From Eledone cirrhosa (lineage: Eukaryota), in contig OZ024741.1 in the NCBI GenBank assembly GCA_964016885.1, forward strand, positions 116,064,001 through 116,128,000: a DNA stretch of 64,000 nucleotides. The letters run 5' to 3'. The notes below the pieces were generated by a model that was not told where the DNA came from, searched no databases, and saw only the letters and a list, made by a program, of their open reading frames with translations. Numbering within the stretch: the first letter of the stretch is position 1; each line of letters starts with the position of its first letter. The position numbers were made by a program, and so were the translations under genes. Below are positions 17,036 through 31,618 of this stretch, one piece after another.

Positions 17036-18342
17036 TATATTTAGTTTGATTTGTAATTATTTATGAAACTAGCCGATAAATCTTTCGATTTCTTCTTTTT
17101 ATTTTAAACATTCTTCATGAATAATTAAACTACCCTAAAAGCTGATGCTCCAAATATATCGAATAAATTTTACACTAGATAAACTTCTATATTAAATATA
17201 AGAACATATGTAGACCAAATGGGTATCCTAAATTTTTGGAATGTTTTCTGCTAGACAGGATTTGGTAAATAATTTTTGGTTTTATCTGTTTTTGACTCTG
17301 ATGCTTATAATGAACTTGGCAATATATTGTCAATTAACTTTGAAGGGTTGATCTTTGTGGTCGATTTGCGTGGCATACTATGTTTTATTTTTATTATTTT
17401 TTAATATTTTTTAATATTTTTAATATTTTTATTTTTAATATTTAATATTTTTTAGTTTTCTGTTTATTTATTTTTGTTTCTGATATTTTTATTAATATAT
17501 TGAAATCTGTTCTCTATTTCTGCTTGATCGATAATCATGTAGAGTAAAGACAAGAATAGTATTGTTAAAATTAATATAGACTCTATATATATGTGTATAT
17601 ATACACATGTGTGTGTATATACACATATATGTATACTTGAATTTTTATAGCACAATGAGAATGTTTTCGTGTGAAATAGGAGTTTGCAGAGCTGATCACG
17701 TAAATTCACATCGATGTTTATAGTTATGATATAAACATATGAATTTTTAAAACTAGACATATGATCATTACTTTTCACACATTATAGATACGTGTCTCAT
17801 TCATGAATACTGATATTTACATTATAATGCCTGTTTTTATACGAACTAATATTTCTACATTGATGAAACATAGTGTTTTTAAATTCTGCCTCACTTATGT
17901 CTGGTTATTTTTCATTTTTCTTTTTTTTCTCTCTATATAACGGCTGTTTTCTCTCCTAACCACATATATCTCTCTTTACATTAATACTAGAGCTAAATAA
18001 ATAAATAAATAAATAAATGTATCAATGATACGTCATTCAACTGATGCTCAACTACCTACTTTTTCTTTTTCTCTATCTATATCTATCTATCTCTATCTAT
18101 TTCCTCTCTCTATATATCTCTCTCTGTTTCTTTACATGAAGTTCTTCTCTTTATCTATCTTTCTATCTCTCTCTATTTAGTTGCATGCATTTCTTCTTTT
18201 TCTTCGTTTTTCTTTCTTTCTTTCTTTCTTTCTTTCTTTTTACAACTGTCCATAATATTTTTACTGCCAAATCAACTTTTCAAATGCAAGTCGATGTTGA
18301 AAGGTATGTCGAATCTATTTATTTATAAGACTGTCTATATTG

Positions 18343-18408
18343 TATTTTGTCTGAAGAAGGCATAACATATTGTTAATATGATATCCCTGAAATATATATA
18401 ATAAAATA
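18343..18408 (+). ncRNA. Minimal hammerhead ribozyme in a Penelope pLTR
   Basis: tattttgt-CTGAAGA-agg..atatt/aatat..cct-GAAA-tatata-TA-ataaaata. Confidence 0.82.
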
Positions 18409-18537
18409 AATATGGTTTTATAAATATAATTTCCATTTATTTAATATCGTAAATATACTCCAAATACTTGTTGAGTGCTTTTATATCAGTTATAAATATT
18501 TACTCGTTGTAACCCAACAATTTAAATATAACTTTCC

Positions 18538-18623
<86 letters not shown>

Positions 18624-18668
18624 ATATTTATATATTTATATATATATATTTATATATTTATATATATA

Positions 18669-18723
<55 letters not shown>

Positions 18724-19550
18724 CGGCGATGAATTAGTTTTGCGAGGTTTTTTATATGAAATCGTGTGTCGAAACAGATATTGTTATATTTGGGGAGGGT
18801 CATATTTGCGTAATATTGCCAGAATTAATAACAGAACACACTCACTGTTTGGTTGGTTTTCGCTTCTCGCTGTCTTTTATATATATATATCTGCGATCTA
18901 ACTTACTCGGTCCTCAATGTTGCCATTGACTGACCGGCGGTCAAAAATAATACAGATACAATATAGACAAACACATATATATATAGTTTACATAAATCTT
19001 TCGTTGCACATCTGCAACATCGTCAGTGGTGTTATATTCATTGTTCCTCCTGTTGTGTTGTATGTCTACGCCATTTTTTTTTTTTTGTTCAGTCTGTCTA
19101 TATATTTATTTATTTATTTGCTTGTTTGTTTATCTTATTTTATTTTGTCTTCTTTGCGCATGCGTTTGCGTGTGTGTATAGTGTTATGTGTGATGTGTGA
19201 CTAGTGTGTATAGTGTTGTGTCTGCTGGGTGACTAGTGTGTGTTTATGTGCTTGTGTATGTATTTATTTATCTTATTTTATTTAATTTAATTTACTTATT
19301 TATTTATACTTCTCTTAGGTCAGTGTTGTTTGTTTGGGTGTTGTTGTTGTTCCACTCATTCTTTCTGTTTAGCTTTGGTCTTCTAATTTCTATTTCACTG
19401 GCCTCTCTGATTTGCCTATCTGCTGGGTCATTCCTATGTTTAGATATTATTCTAATTTCTATGTTGTCTATGTTACCGTCATGATGTTGTCTAGCATGTT
19501 CGTATCAAGATACTCAAAAACTCAGCAATGTCCAGTAGTGCTAAGTTTAA

Positions 19551-20200
19551 TCTATCCTTTCACCTATGCTACGAGCTGTCTCACCTATGTATGTTGTTGT
19601 CGTGTTTCTGCAAGTACCCTCTGTACATCTTATGCTATAGACTACGTTTCTAGTTTTACAGTTTATCCGGGGGTTCACCTTACATATGATACATTTCCTA
19701 TTGGTACAGTGGGTTTTCTTAAAAGGGTAGGTTTTGCTGATCAGGGATTTTATGGTGGTTCCTGGCTTTTCTACCACCTTTATTTTTAAGTGGGTCTTTC
19801 TCAGGGCCTTTCTACACTGGTTAGCTAATTTCCCTCCAGGGGTGGCGTCCACAAACATGACACTCTGATATCTCTGGTTGTCGTACCATGATGTGGCCTT
19901 CCCTATCTTATGTCTAGCCCTATCTAAGCTATTCCATGATTTGCTCCTGTATAGTGGGCAAATTCCTTTCATGTCCAGTTCTATGAGGGTCTTATACTTT
20001 TCCATGGCTCCTTCGTATACTCTGACTCTGTCTCTTTGGTTGTAGCCAGAGAACTGCATGCGGTTGATGAAGTGTTGGATGTGTCCTTCCATTTCTGTTG
20101 GGTCGCACATGCTGGACACATTCTTCATCACTCGTACCAAATCTGCGATCAGAATATTAAACTTAGCACTACTGGACATTGCTGAGTTTTTGAGTATCAA
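19551..20200 (-). pseudogene. Penelope-like RT thumb/linker + N-terminal half of GIY-YIG
   Basis: ...VMFVDATPGGKLA...HCTNRKCIICK...CKTRNVVYSIRC...YIGETARSIGERID. Confidence 0.85.
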
Positions 20201-20207
20201 GATACTC

Positions 20208-20462
20208 AGGATAGACCAACACTGGGGGGAACTAAAAGGACGAAAAAACGGGTCAGTACTATACGAACATGCTAGACAACATCATGACGGTAACATAGAC
20301 AACATAGAAATTAGAATAATATCTAAACATAGGAATGACCCAGCAGATAGGCAAATCAGAGAGGCCAGTGAAATAGAAATTAGAAGACCAAAGCTAAACA
20401 GAAAGAATGAGTGGAACAACAACAACACCCAAACAAACAACACTGACCTAAGAGAAGTATAA
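20208..20462 (+). pseudogene. C-terminal half of the same GIY-YIG domain, on the opposite strand
   Basis: RIDQHWGEL...SVLYEHARQHH...RQIREASEI...LNRKNEW continues exactly from the ERID end of the minus segment. Confidence 0.85.
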
Positions 20463-20980
20463 ATAAATAAGTAAATTAAATTAAATAAAATAAGATAAAT
20501 AAATACATACACAAGCACATAAACACACACTAGTCACCCAGCAGACACAACACTATACACACTAGTCACACATCACACATAACACTATACACACACGCAA
20601 ACGCATGCGCAAAGAAGACAAAATAAAATAAGATAAACAAACAAGCAAATAAATAAATAAATATATAGACAGACTGAACAAAAAAAAAAAAATGGCGTAG
20701 ACATACAACACAACAGGAGGAACAATGAATATAACACCACTGACGATGTTGCAGATGTGCAACGAAAGATTTATGTAAACTATATATATATGTGTTTGTC
20801 TATATTGTATCTGTATTATTTTTGACCGCCGGTCAGTCAATGGCAACATTGAGGACCGAGTAAGTTAGATCGCAGATATATATATATAAAAGACAGCGAG
20901 AAGCGAAAACCAACCAAACAGTGAGTGTGTTCTGTTATTAATTCTGGCAATATTACGCAAATATGACCCTCCCCAAATAT

Positions 20981-21973
<993 letters not shown>

Positions 21974-21996
21974 CATACATTATATATATATGTATA

Positions 21997-22184
21997 GGGC
22001 GGTGGGTTGGCAGTATCAGTAAAGAGTCTGACGCCATGCTTTCCAGCATAGTTACGGCCCTTGCCATTCTGAGTTCAAATCCCGCCGATGTTCACTTTGT
22101 CTTTCATCCTTACGGGGTCAATAAAATAAAGTACCAGTAATGCACTGGGTAATTGCTGGCCTTGTGCCAAAAGTAGAAACAATT
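21997..22184 (+). mobile_element. tRNA-derived SINE with Meta-like central domain
   Basis: B box gagttcaaatccc; ctttcatccttacggggtc..taaaataaagtaccagt. Other copies at 26565-26744(-), 29087-29266(-), 29270-29460(-), 31293-31421(+), 59068-59260(+). Confidence 0.78.
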
Positions 22185-22250
22185 ATATATATAAGAGAGA
22201 GAGAGAGAGAGACAAAGCAGGCTATATTTATAAACAGCGAGCAAATTTCG

Positions 22251-22514
22251 AAAATAGGTAGTACCATGTGCTTTACGCCTTATTAGACTAAATAAAATTA
22301 GTCTGTTAGTCGGGATTTAAAAAAAACCCTCTGAAGAGAAAAAAGAATGAGTATTGACATACATATTTGGTTTGTCGGACCAACGCACTACCATGGTCAC
22401 ATGTACATCAATACTCATCCTTTTTTCCATTCAGATGGGTTTTTTTAATCCCAACTAACAGACTAATTTGATTCAGTCAAATACAACGTAAAGCACATGG
22501 TACTACCTATTTTC
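22251..22514. mobile_element. MITE-like inverted-repeat element
   Basis: ~110-bp imperfect arms (gaaaataggtagtaccatgtgctttacg / cgtaaagcacatggtactacctattttc). Confidence 0.7.
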
Positions 22515-22601
22515 ATATATATATATATATATACTGTAAAGGGCTATGCCCCAGCATGGCCTCAGCCGGATGGCTGGAACAGGTAAAAGAGTAAAAGAGT
22601 A

Positions 22602-23022
22602 TACTATATATACTTGAGTAATAGTCAATCTCATTTAAAAGTCAACCCTCTATTTTTAGCCCAAAAATCTGGTATTTTCCATAGACCTCGTATAATAGTC
22701 GACTATAGTTTTTCACAGATAATAGCTCAACATTCTGAATTCACAAAAATCGCATAACTTCAGTAAACCTAAACACATTCAGTTAATCTCTAGATTAACA
22801 ACTATACACCAATTTTACTGTAATTGATTGTATTTTTGTTTTTATTTAAAGATCAGTTGTTTTTATTTATTTAGAGATCAGTTGGGCTTCTGCTACTGAT
22901 ACAGTAGTTTGGATTCTAGCTTGAATTTGAAGCCTCTCAAAAGTAGTATCCATGTAATATCGACCCCATAAATTTAACCTTAAAAAAGGTCTGAAAAATT
23001 CAGCTTTTACACAAGAATAGAT

Positions 23023-23026
<4 letters not shown>
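22602..23026. mobile_element. Degenerate pogo/Tigger-like non-autonomous DNA transposon
   Basis: Ends resemble CCGTATATACTCGAGTATAAG-type TIRs with subterminal gtcgaccc repeats; highly decayed. Confidence 0.4.
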
Positions 23027-23110
<84 letters not shown>

Positions 23111-23589
23111 AGAAAAGACAACAAGAAAAAACATAGGAAAACAATGCAGTACAGTGAAGATATATATTAGTTTAATGACATAGTAGGAAATGAGTCTTAA
23201 AATTTCGAAGGTTAGTCCTTTATTGAAAGATAGAATGAAAAAAAGAACTAGAAAGATAAGAAAGAAAGAAAGATATGAAAGAAAAGAAAGAAAACGTGAT
23301 TTTTTTGTGGGGGTGGAAAACACATGTCAGCAATTTTGCAAAATATAGTTACTTGTGTGTGATTTTATATTATGAAAGAGTAAGCCATCAATATGTAAAC
23401 ATGGAGATGATTTATATATACATGTTTTTGCCAATACAGTCTATGAAACTGATAGTTTTTTATGTATTACTAGTACCATGTATTATATATATATAATATA
23501 TATTTTCCAACAAGGAAAAATCATGGGAGAATTATACAATACATTGATGTCGATTAGTTTAAAGCTTGATATATATATTTATATATATA

Positions 23590-23989
23590 CTAGAAGTGGT
23601 ACCCAGTGTTGCACGGGATAAGGTATTTTTGAACGCGGGCCGCCAACAGACCTAATCGTGGGAAAACTGCATGCTTTGACAATATGTAAAGAAAATAAAC
23701 TGAATGCTCTGATGGCTGGATAATCTTTAAGATTTTCCTCAATTAAGCAGGAAAAATGCAGGTTTTCACCTAATATGCCTTGAAATTTCTGAAAAATCGG
23801 CTAGACGTAACGCCTCCAAAAAGCACTCTAAAGCTGAAAAAATGAAGTTTTTCACTTAATGCCAGCTCCAGGCCATAAAAAAGTTGGATTTTCTTTGCTC
23901 ACAGTATGAAGAAGAGACTGACTAATACATAGTTACAATTTCAAGGAAATCAGTCTGACATAACGCCTCAAAAAAAAATAATATATAGA
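23590..23989 (-). mobile_element. Non-autonomous Helitron (400 bp)
   Basis: Minus strand starts A|TCTATATA and ends with hairpin cccgtgcaacactggg then ...CTAG|T; no TSD. Confidence 0.75.
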
Positions 23990-24603
23990 TAAGGAAAATA
24001 ATGATAAAAAAAGGGTTCAAAAAGCACACTTGGTATATATATATAAAAAGGATCTTTTAATATTGATATTAGCAAAGCCTGCTTTCTCCATTTTGGATCT
24101 TCAAAACATTTGTTATTTCATCATCATCATCATCACCGTTTTACGTCCGTTCTTCCACGCTAGCATGGGTTAGACGGGTTGTCCTGTTGTGGGCAGTGTC
24201 TGGTCGGCTGACCATGCCTTGCTCATACAGGAACTGATCTGGCTTGATTTCTACAGCTGGATGCCCTTCCTAACACCAACCTCATTTACAGTGAGTGCTG
24301 GGTGCTTTTTCGTGGCGCCTACACGTCCACTTTACAGTGTGGGCTGGGTGCTTTTTTGCCGTGGCACCTCCACGACCACCTTGCGGTGGGGGGGGGGGGC
24401 ATATTTGGTTTGAGTAATCGAAAATAAGCATGCAGGAGTTTTAACGAAAAAAACAATTTAACTCATGTTAAAAATTTTGAATATCCAAAACAGAAAGCAG
24501 GCTTTGCTAACATCAATTTTTAATACATGTTTAAAAGATCCCTTTTATATATATATACCAGGTGTGCTTTTCGAACCCTTTTTTTATTATCATTTTCCTC
24601 ATA
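23990..24603. mobile_element. MITE-like inverted-repeat element interrupted by an RTE 3' fragment (24118-24405, -)
   Basis: Arms ~23990-24110 / 24472-24603; the insert matches 61446-61735 and has a (CAT)n tail. Confidence 0.7.
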
Positions 24604-24677
24604 TAACAAGATCTGTATAGAATGTTTTCTAACGTCCACATTTTTTTCACTATATATATATATATGTGTGTGTGTGT

Positions 24678-24870
24678 GTATTCCAGGTTTGATCGGGGGT
24701 AACCACAGTAAAAAAGGTACTCAATACATAGCAGAGTATAAATGTTTAATATAGAAAGGGCTTCTACAGGACCAGAACTATTTCACTTGAAGGAAACCAT
24801 CAGGAAAGCCCTAATGATTTCCTTCGAATGAAACAGTTCTAGTCCTGTAGAAGTCATTTTTGTTTCAAAC
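24678..24870. mobile_element. Short fold-back element with two decayed inverted hammerhead-like cores
   Basis: cttctacaggac..aacta tttc / gaaa cagttctagtcctgtagaag; tail homologous to 7944-8010. Confidence 0.55.
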
Positions 24871-24970
24871 ATATAGCAGTCAGATTTGAACTAAATAAAT
24901 ACAGCAAAGCATTTTGTCTGACACTCTAACGATTATGCCAATCCAAAAATAATTAAATTGAAATACTTAC

Positions 24971-25123
24971 TTTTGAGTCTGAAAGGTTCCTCCAACATTC
25001 TTGATCTGCATAACCTTCCTGAGACAGTGAATCTGTTTGGAAATGAAGATTGGTGACTTAAAATACGAACATTATTTACAAAATCTACCATGCTGGAGAA
25101 GTGCCATAGTATTTCACGCATGA
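24971..25123 (-). CDS. Candidate exon of the host gene (153 nt, phase 1-1)
   Basis: cag|...|gtaagt; open frame (V)MREILWHFSSMVDF...PFRLK compatible with the phase-1 end of exon 28448-28535; weak pyrimidine tract. Confidence 0.4.
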
Positions 25124-28100
25124 CTGGTTACACACTAAATCAACCAAACTAGTTTCACAAAAGGGATACACAGCATTTTTAGTGCATTGCAGTGGTTGCC
25201 AAACTAAAGAGGGAGGAAGGGAGAAGTAGAGAGAGAGAGAGAGAAAGAAAGAGAGAGAAAGAAAGAGAGAGGGGTCGGGAAAGGTATCATATCAGTGAAG
25301 AACATTTTGTGATGGTGGTGGTGGTGGTGATGGTGTCAATGGTGATGGTGGTGTCAGTGATGATGGTGACAATGGTGACAATAGTGTTGTTGTTATCATT
25401 AGTATCATTAAGTGCTGTTGTTGTTGTTGATTGCTATTCCATGCTATGGTTGTTCACCTTTTGGTCACAAAATCCAGAACCAAATACCAAATACCACATG
25501 CTGACTCTTCAAGATCAAACTAATCCATAGAAGAGCAGAAGTAACTACACCAAATATGAAAATGAAGTGTCTTTTTGTTTTGTTTTCCTTTATTTAATTT
25601 TTTTGTTTGTTTTGTTTGTTTTGTTTGTTGGAGTGAAGGGAAAAAGGAACGCAGGAAGGGGGATAAAGAACATAATCATAATGTGCGCACGCAGCAAAAT
25701 AAATAAATAAATAAGTATATATTTATAAATTTATTTAATAAATGAATAATAAATAAATAGAACACAGATTTACAAAAAAGGCAGCAAAAAAAAGTAAGAG
25801 AATCAAATTTTCAATCTGCTGCTTGCTTGTCTGATTTGATATGGAAGACATACAACACTTATAAGACTCATTTCAGATGCTAAGGAGAACCAATCAAAAT
25901 TCAGCTAACTCACCAAACAGCGGTGCTGCGAACTAGAATTTGGACAAATGCAGAGAAGCATGAGACTATGGCAATAACAGATTCAATGAGAATTTGAAGA
26001 GAAAATAAATAAAATGTCATCAAAGCAAACAAAAACACATTTACAGATTAATTTCGTTTTTTGATGTATTTTTCATATTTAAATTAGATAATTTCAATGA
26101 CACATCTTTACAAAAATGGTTAAGCCATCTTTGATACCAAGCCATCTGAAACCACCACTAGTTCTACAATACAAGATTATTTTAAAGTGCTTATATTTGT
26201 CTTAAAACATTCCATCATAATTTTATGTGAAAATGTTTGTTAAGTGAAGTTCCAAACACCAGCTTAACATTTTTCATGACAAACCACCTGAAACCACCTC
26301 TGGTTCTACAATACAAATGTATTTGTTTTAACCCTTTCATGACTGTTTTTGATACCAAACCATCAGAAACCACAAACAAGACCTAGTGGGAGGATGTACA
26401 CTGAGTAAAAGGGTACGAGAGGAATTTAGCAATAACAATAAGGATACATTAAAATATAGGGAGTAATGACAGTAAGAACACATTCAAATATAGGGAGTAA
26501 TGACAGTAAGGATACATTATTAAATAGAGAATAATGAAAGTAAGGATACATTAATATGTAAGGAATAATTGTTTCTATATTTGGCACAAGACCAGCAATT
26601 ACCCAGTGCATTACTGGTACTTTATTTTATCGACCCCATAAGGATGAAAAGCAAAGTTGACCTCGCAGGAATTGAACTCAGACTGTAAAGGGCCGTAACT
26701 CTATGCTGCAAAGCATGGCATCCGACCTTCTACTGATTAGCAATATGTAAAGAATAATGACTGTAAGGATAGATTAATAAATAGGGAATAATAAATAAAA
26801 CAAACAGTACAGAACAAAGTAAGAAACAGGAAAAAGATCTCCACAAATAAAGGAGGGACCACATAGGATGACTTAGAGCACTCTACACACAACCTTACAT
26901 TACCCTGACACAGAAGTCTACAATGATGGTTAATAAGTAATTATTTATGTGTGTATGTGTATGTAGGTTTTTAAATAGTTACAGATGCAGGGATCATCAT
27001 CATCATCATTTAACATCCACTTTCCATGCTAGCATGGGTTAGATACATACAATATACAAACACGTTTTAATTTAAATAAGAACCCTATCAAATGAGTGGT
27101 TTTGTTTCATAGAACCAGAGGCAGTTTTGACCAGATTAGTATCAAAGAGTGAAACATTTGGGATTGGCAACATATTCTGCTTTCAATAATCTTGTTTTGA
27201 TCAGAAATACAACAAACCATTTGATTTGAATTGCTAATCCACAACTGATGGTATATCCACTCAACTATTTCACATCTACTTTAGGAATATTTGAGATAAT
27301 TATCATATTAACCCTGTCCACTCTGTAAAGTGGTAGTAATAGTGCCATGGCAGTCTATCCTGTAATGCAGTAGTGCTTATGCCATAACAAATAGCACCCA
27401 GTCCACATTATAAAGTGGTAGTGCTAGTCTAAAGTCTGTCTTAAATCCAGAGGCTCATCAGGCTAGTACTTATCCCAGTTTCCATAGCATATTAAGTGAC
27501 TGAGAGTTCAAGACTCGCCCCTGGACAGGACACCAGTCCATTGCAGGGTGAAACCCCCAGCTACTACTGGTATTCATTTTCAGTTGAGTATACTGGAGCA
27601 ACGTGAAATTAAGTGTTTTGCTCAAGAACACACTACACATCCCAGTCCAGGTAGTGTTAGAGCCCCAATAAAATTCTTCCAATTCATATTTAGGAACATT
27701 GAGCACCAAATTACATACTATAAAACATTTAACCTAATTCACCTCCCAAATCTTTTATCCTGTCTTCACCTTTCAAGTCAAATGAAATTTGGTTTCTGTT
27801 TTGTAAAGAAAATATAGGCTGACTAAAACACTTTACTCTAAATATACTAGTGATGACATAAGCTTGAACAAATGTAAAAATCTTTCACACAGAAGATAGT
27901 CAATCCATATCAGAAATTTAAAGTACAGTAAACACCTCTAAGGATCATGCCCTTCCTGAGTGGATCACTAACATGAATGTGATACCATTAAATACATATA
28001 GAGGGCAGTGGATTAGCAGAATTGTTATAGCATCAGACAAAATACATTGCAATATTTAGTTACTAGACTAAATAGTTGTCAATATTTTGTTACATTTCAC

Positions 28101-28447
28101 TTAATCAATTAACTTCCTTGGCTGTCCAATAATTATAAGCATTTTAAGGCCTTTTTCCCTGCTATAGAAGAGATCAACCTTGTGGGACCCAAGAAAGGCT
28201 TCTCCCTTTTGCCCCATCATCTGCATCTTCCTCAACAATCCTCTGGCTTTTGTTTCCTCCTCCATCATCTTTAATCATGGTCTTCCCCTTCCTCTACATC
28301 CTTCCACATTTTCACTGCCCTAAGTGAAATATCGATAATGCTACCAGACACTACAGGTTTTAAAACCTAAAGTTGTGCCTGACATCTGGGGAGACATGAA
28401 ACACAATGTAAAAAAAAACACCCCAAAAATTGTTTAAATAAACTAAC

Positions 28448-28535
28448 CGTCACTTTCTGTACTTTTGTGACTTTGGTTTTCTATTTTTTTGCGAAGTTGC
28501 TCATGTTCTGTGCCAAGTTCTTGAAGTGCCGTTGT
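28448..28535 (-). CDS. Host gene exon (88 nt, phase 0-1), coiled-coil
   Basis: tttacag|TTALQELGTEHEQLRKKIENQSHKSTESD|gttagt. Confidence 0.75.
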
Positions 28536-29924
28536 CTGTAAATTCCATAGAAATCAAAAGAAGAAATATCATTTGTAACACATTAACAATTTCCAAAAAC
28601 AATTTTTCTTTTTTACTTGTCTGTAAAGTTTCTGTATTTATTAACTGAAATAATTCACACTGACACACTGTCTTACAATCCAGAACATCTCATGCCTCTA
28701 ATCCACTGTATATAAGTGGTATCAAATGTAGAATGAAGATTGCATTATTATGAACATGTAATGAGAATGGATGTTGATCATTGAGTGAAGGTGTTCCAAG
28801 TGTGAAGCTGTTCCATGTTTTCGGTGTTCCAAGGAGAGGCTGAGAAGGCATGGGAGAGGAAGTTCAAAGAATATGTGGGAAAAAGTGGTGGGAGTTTATC
28901 TCAAGATACTGAACATCGCAAAAGAGATAAAAAAGAAAAGAAATTGAAGGGACACTGTGATGGAGAGAACTCACACAACCCATGCAAGCAAGGAAAAGCA
29001 GGCATAAAAGCATTCATACTCAAATCTTCCAATATAATTTTATTTAATAAGCTTTTGTTAAGTTATGTTCCAAACACCAGTTTAATAATTGTTTCTACTT
29101 TTTGGCACAAGGCCAGCAATTATCCAGTGTATTACTGGTACTTTATTTTATCGACCCCGTAAGGATGAAAGGCAAAGTCAACCTCGGCGGGATTTGAACT
29201 CAGATCGTAAAGGGACGTAACTATGCTGGAAAGCATGGTTTCCGACCCTCTACCGATACTGCCAATAATGGTTGTTTCTAGTACAGGCACAAGCCCAGCA
29301 AATGTGAGGGGAGGAGAAAGTTGATTAAATCAATCCCAGTTCTTCAAATAAAATTATTTTAGGGACCCCAGAAGGATGAAAGGCAAAATTGGCCTTGACA
29401 GGATTTGAGCTTAGAATGTAAATAGCTGCAACTAAATACCAATTTGGCCAATCCACCACTCTGCAAACACTACATCATGTATTTTACTAAATCCTTTAAA
29501 ATCATTCATTATTTGCAAAATTAATTGCAACATATTTTATTATGAATATGGTAACACGGTATTTAAATAAGTACTAATAATGTTCTGTAATTGATCCAAC
29601 TGACTGTTTGAACCTCTGACAAAGTTAGAAATAATTGTTTCTACTTTTGGCATAAACAGAAAATCATTTAAAGTAGAAATAGGAGAAAAATGAAAATGGC
29701 CAATCCGTAGATCAAACCAAGGAAACTATGTTTCAAAGAGTGACCAATATTTTAACAGTTTGATCTCATCAGCCTAATGAGCAGTGAAGCCTGGGTTCAT
29801 CACTTAAGTATGAGCATTTTACATAGACAATTTTAGGTCATGGAACCAAGAGCAGTTTGAGGCAGGTTGATATTAAAAGAATTAATAGGTAGAGGAAATT
29901 TCAAAAGTCACAAGGAAAATTTAC

Positions 29925-30005
29925 CTTTGATTCTAGTGCTTTCTGTAAATGATTTATCTTCTTGGAACTACTATTTAAAGCTTCTTGTAGTTGTCTAATT
30001 TCTTC
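29925..30005 (-). CDS. Host gene exon (81 nt, phase 0-0), coiled-coil
   Basis: ttttcttatag|EEIRQLQEALNSSSKKINHLQKALESK|gtaaat. Confidence 0.8.
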
Positions 30006-30174
30006 CTATAAGAAAAGAAAAAAAAAGAAATGATAAGCTATACAAAACAATATAACCAGAAAAATTATAAACAAATAATATATTTAGAAAATAGAATAAA
30101 AATCTGTTGTGACAATTAACCCAGTATTATATTCAGAAATATTTTAAAGAAATATTTAACACTGAAAACTAAAA

Positions 30175-30910
30175 GGTTAGTTTAATGACAAAACTATGAA
30201 ATAGGTTAATAACAATAGTATGAAATAATTAGATGACATTGCTATGAAATATTAGAATAGCTTAATGAAAACACTATAAAATATTAAATTACTTTAATGA
30301 CAATACTATAAAATATTAAATCACTTTAATGACAATTTCTATGAAATACTAGTTAAGTTTAATTACAAAACTATGAAATAAAATGCTTAATGACAAAACT
30401 ATGAAATAGTAAGCCAGTTTAATGACAAAACTATGAAATAGTAAGCCAGTTTAATGACAAAACTATGAAATAGCAAGCCAGTTTAATGACAAAACTATGA
30501 AATAGTTTATTGACAAAATACTCATAATACTTTTAATGCCAATATAATGAAATTTAAAGTTAATTTAATGACACTTCTATGAAATAGCAAATGTTAGTTA
30601 AATGGCAAGACAGTTAAATAGAATGTTTAATAAGAGTACAATTAAATAGTTTAATGACAAAAATGTTAAATAGTATAATGCTAAGACTGTTAAATAGTTT
30701 AATGTCAATACTATTAAATAGTTTAATGACAAAACCATTAAATGGTTTAATTGCAATGTCATTTAATAGTTTAATGACAATAACATTAAATACTTTAACT
30801 ATACCATTACATAGTTTAATTACAAAACAATTAAATTGTTTAATGGTATAACTATTAAATTGTTTACTAACAATACCATTAATTAAATTATAAGACTACT
30901 AAATCATTTA
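30175..30910. repeat. Degenerate AT-rich minisatellite (~24-32 bp, tttaatgacaaaactatgaaatag)
   Basis: Recurring motif with three near-perfect 32-bp copies at ~30387-30505. Confidence 0.8.
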
Positions 30911-31618
30911 ATGGCTTGATTATAAAATTTTTTAAAGACAATGTTATCAAACAGTCTAAAGACTGACAGCAATTACCAAAACATATTTAATATAGTGCTA
31001 ACATATTTAATATAGTCAGTAAAACATGTAATAAAATCTCTTTGCCTTCCCTCTCCTACCCGCAATGAAAACAGAGACACATTGGATCTAAGACTCATGT
31101 TAATGAGATTGCCTTTTACTTTCACCAGATTTGCGTAGGAGATTTTGACATCAAATTCTAGAGATAAAAAGGTATATTTTATACACCAGAATATTTCTTG
31201 GTTCTCAACAGTTGCTATGTTAGCGCTCACCAAACAATCAAATAGTAAATTTAACCCTTTAACATTTACATTACTCTATATTTACCAGCAAAGAGTTATG
31301 GCCCTTTATGGTCTGAGTTCAAATCCCGCCGAAGTTAACTTTGCCTTTCATCCTTACGGGGTCGATAAAATAAAGTACACTGGAATAATTGCTGGCCTTG
31401 TGCCAAAAGTAGAAACAATTATATTTACATGGTAAAGGCTTTATCTCACATAATCTGGAATTTATGAGATTTTGATATTATTTATTCTGAGAACAATACC
31501 TTAACATCAGATTGAGCTGCCAGTTACAGCCAGTTTGAACAGAAAGAGGTGAGAGAAATCTGGCCAGATATGGCTGTTTTAAATAGACAGGAATATCAAA
31601 TTGGAAAATTAATTTAAC

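Larger units (their letters stand above)
14628..18540 (+). mobile_element. Penelope-like element, 5'-truncated, with two inverted 5' segments
   Basis: 14628-15475 is the reverse complement of ~17279-18090; 15475-15686 is the reverse complement of ~16165-16377; RT+GIY-YIG ORF; terminal pLTR with HHR. Confidence 0.9.
18722..20986. mobile_element. Second Penelope-like element with ~725-bp inverted arms and an internally inverted ORF
   Basis: 18779-19505 is the reverse complement of 20261-20986; extra ~57-bp tail on the left; (TA)n on both sides; degenerate HHR core CTGACGA-gttgca/tgcaac-GAAA at ~20740-20770. Confidence 0.9.

Noticed and set aside
28815-29162. 115-aa plus-strand ORF
   Set aside because: Runs through purine-rich intron sequence and into SINE/MITE remnants; no recognisable domain.
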